The notes beneath the pieces were generated by a model. The model was not told where the DNA came from and made no database searches. It saw only the letters and a list, made by a program, of their open reading frames with translations. Below, piece by piece: positions 30,586 to 32,000 of a stretch of 32,000 nt of DNA. The position numbers and the translations under genes were made by a program. This DNA is from Candidatus Iainarchaeum sp. (GTDB lineage: Archaea; Iainarchaeota; Iainarchaeia; Iainarchaeales; CSSED10-239). Numbering within the stretch: the first letter of the stretch is position 1; each line of letters opens with the position of its first letter. The DNA lies in assembly GCA_028700115.1 (NCBI GenBank), contig JAQVTI010000002.1, forward strand, positions 1 through 32,000, written 5' to 3'.

Positions 30586-32000
30586 TTGTATAGGCAACCT
30601 ATAATAACAATTATGGGTCATATAGACTCTGGTAAAACCACTTTTCTAGATAAAATTAAAGGAAGTAGTATTGCAAAATTAGAAGCTGGAAAAATTACTC
30701 AACATATTGGTGCTACAGAGATTACTTTAGATGTTATTAAAAAAATGTGTTTTCATTTATTTAATAAATATAAATTTGATGTTACTATTCCTGGGTTATT
30801 ATTTATAGATACTCCTGGGCATAATGCTTTTGATAATTTAAGAGAAAGAGGTGGATCTCTTGCAGATCTTGTTGTTTTAGTTATAGATATTAATAAAGGT
30901 TTACAAGCTCAAGATATTGAAACTTTAGAAATTTTAAAAATGTATAAAGTTCCTTTTATTATTTTAGCAAATAAAGTTGATTTAATTAAAGGATGGTATC
31001 AAGAAGGAAAAGATATTTCTTTTTCTTTATCAAAACAATCTAAAAATATTTCAGATTATTTAGATGAATTAATCTACAAAATTGTTGGGCAATTATATGA
31101 TAAAGGATTTTCTGCAGAAAGATTTGATAGAGTTTCTGACTTTAAAAAACAAATTGCAATTATTCCTACTTCTGCAGAAAAAGAATGGGGGCTTACAGAA
31201 TCAATTTTATTTCTTGCCACTTTAAGTCAAAAATTTTTAGGTACAAGAATAACAATTCAAGAATTTCAAAAAGCACAAGGTACCATTTTAGAACTTGGTG
31301 AAGTTAAAGGTATTGGAACTGCAGCAGATGTAATTATTTATCAGGGAATTTTGAAATTAAAGGATAGAATTTCTTTTTTAACAAAACAAGGTATTATTGA
31401 ATCAAAAGTTAAAGCTTTATTAAAAATTAATGTTTTAAGTGCAATTAATAAAAAAACAAATTTTGAAAATGTTGAATTTGTTTCTGCTGCAAGTGGTGTT
31501 AAAATTATTGCTCCAGATTTAGATAAATGTCTTCCAGGTAGTGTTATTGTTTCTTCAGAAGATTTAGATGCTATTAAAAATTTAAAAGAAAGACCTCTTT
31601 CTTGTGTAATTAATTCTGAACAAGAAGGTGCTTTTATAAAAACAGATACTTTAGGGTCTTTAGAAGCTTTAACAAAGCTTTTAGAAAAAAATAATATTTG
31701 TATTGCAAAAGCAGATATTGGTGAAGTTACACAAAAAGATTATCTTGAATTAAAAATTTTAAATGAACAAAATAAAAAAAAAGGTGTTTTATTTTTATTT
31801 AATTCTAAAATTTCAAAAGATTTAGAAGAAAAATCAGAAAAAGATAAAATACCTATATTTAAAAATAATATTATCTATAAATTAATTGAAGATTATAATG
31901 ATTGGCTTTTAAAAATAAATGATGATGAAAGAAATAAAATTTTAAAAGAAATAGTTTATCCTTGTAAATTTAAAATTTTAAAAAATCATATTTTTAGAAC
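30586..32000 (+). CDS. infB: Translation initiation factor aIF5B (IF-2 family GTPase); 3' end outside the window; absent from the ORF track
   Basis: My own translation gives YRQPIITIMGHIDSGKTTFLDKIKG (G1), FIDTPGHNAFDNLRERGG (G3) and ILANKVDLIKGW (G4). The frame stays open to base 32000. A TTG start at 30586 lies 4 nt after ggtga, and an in-frame TAA at 30571 bounds it upstream. Confidence 0.88.
   Translation, partial: MYRQPIITIMGHIDSGKTTFLDKIKGSSIAKLEAGKITQHIGATEITLDVIKKMCFHLFNKYKFDVTIPGLLFIDTPGHNAFDNLRERGGSLADLVVLVIDINKGLQAQDIETLEILKMYKVPFIILANKVDLIKGWYQEGKDISFSLSKQSKNISDYLDELIYKIVGQLYDKGFSAERFDRVSDFKKQIAIIPTSAEKEWGLTESILFLATLSQKFLGTRITIQEFQKAQGTILELGEVKGIGTAADVIIYQGILKLKDRISFLTKQGIIESKVKALLKINVLSAINKKTNFENVEFVSAASGVKIIAPDLDKCLPGSVIVSSEDLDAIKNLKERPLSCVINSEQEGAFIKTDTLGSLEALTKLLEKNNICIAKADIGEVTQKDYLELKILNEQNKKKGVLFLFNSKISKDLEEKSEKDKIPIFKNNIIYKLIEDYNDWLLKINDDERNKILKEIVYPCKFKILKNHIFR

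Overview
This is a very AT-rich, tightly packed archaeal sequence. It carries e-type ribosomal proteins (S8e, S4e, L32e, L19e, L34e, L14e, L18e, L7Ae, S28e, L24e), SecY, RpoD/RpoN, aSUI1, an Rpp29-like protein and aIF5B. Miniaturised genes and kinase genes missing from their conserved positions suggest a reduced DPANN-type genome (inference). All calls come from reading the supplied translations and the DNA; no database search was run.

Layout:
(i) 1-2631 holds a complete diversity-generating retroelement (DGR). It comprises the 3' end of a target gene with a C-terminal variable repeat (VR 162-282), a G+C-rich spacer with an AGACGG array and a long hairpin, an unknown 122-aa ORF coupled to avd, the template repeat (TR 1239-1359) and a DGR-type reverse transcriptase. 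TR and VR differ at 15 of 121 positions, and 14 of those are TR adenines.
(ii) 2621-8402 is an accessory and envelope block: a possible Cgi121, S8e, a small archaeosortase-family protein, a coiled-coil protein, a secreted Tyr-rich protein, and a 1075-aa surface protein built from Cys-bracketed modules.
(iii) 8805-21985 is the canonical L3-L4-L23-L2-S19-L22-S3-L29-SUI1-Rpp29-S17-L14-L24-S4e-L5-S14-S8-L6-L32e-L19e-L18-S5-L30-L15-SecY cluster.
(iv) 22076-27805 holds a DUF106/YidC-like protein, L34e, a 51-aa L14e missed by the ORF track, S13-S4-S11-RpoD, tRNA-Leu(UAA), and L18e-L13-S9-RpoN-S2.
(v) 27935-29202 holds a TrmB-like regulator and a small unknown protein, followed by a 455-bp gene-free AT-rich gap.
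(vi) 29683-32000 holds L7Ae-S28e-L24e and aIF5B, which is truncated by the window.

Many ORF-track starts are GTG/TTG codons that lie inside a GTGA Shine-Dalgarno-like motif. I moved those starts to the ATG 6-9 nt downstream.

The DGR and its non-canonical parts are the most interesting element.
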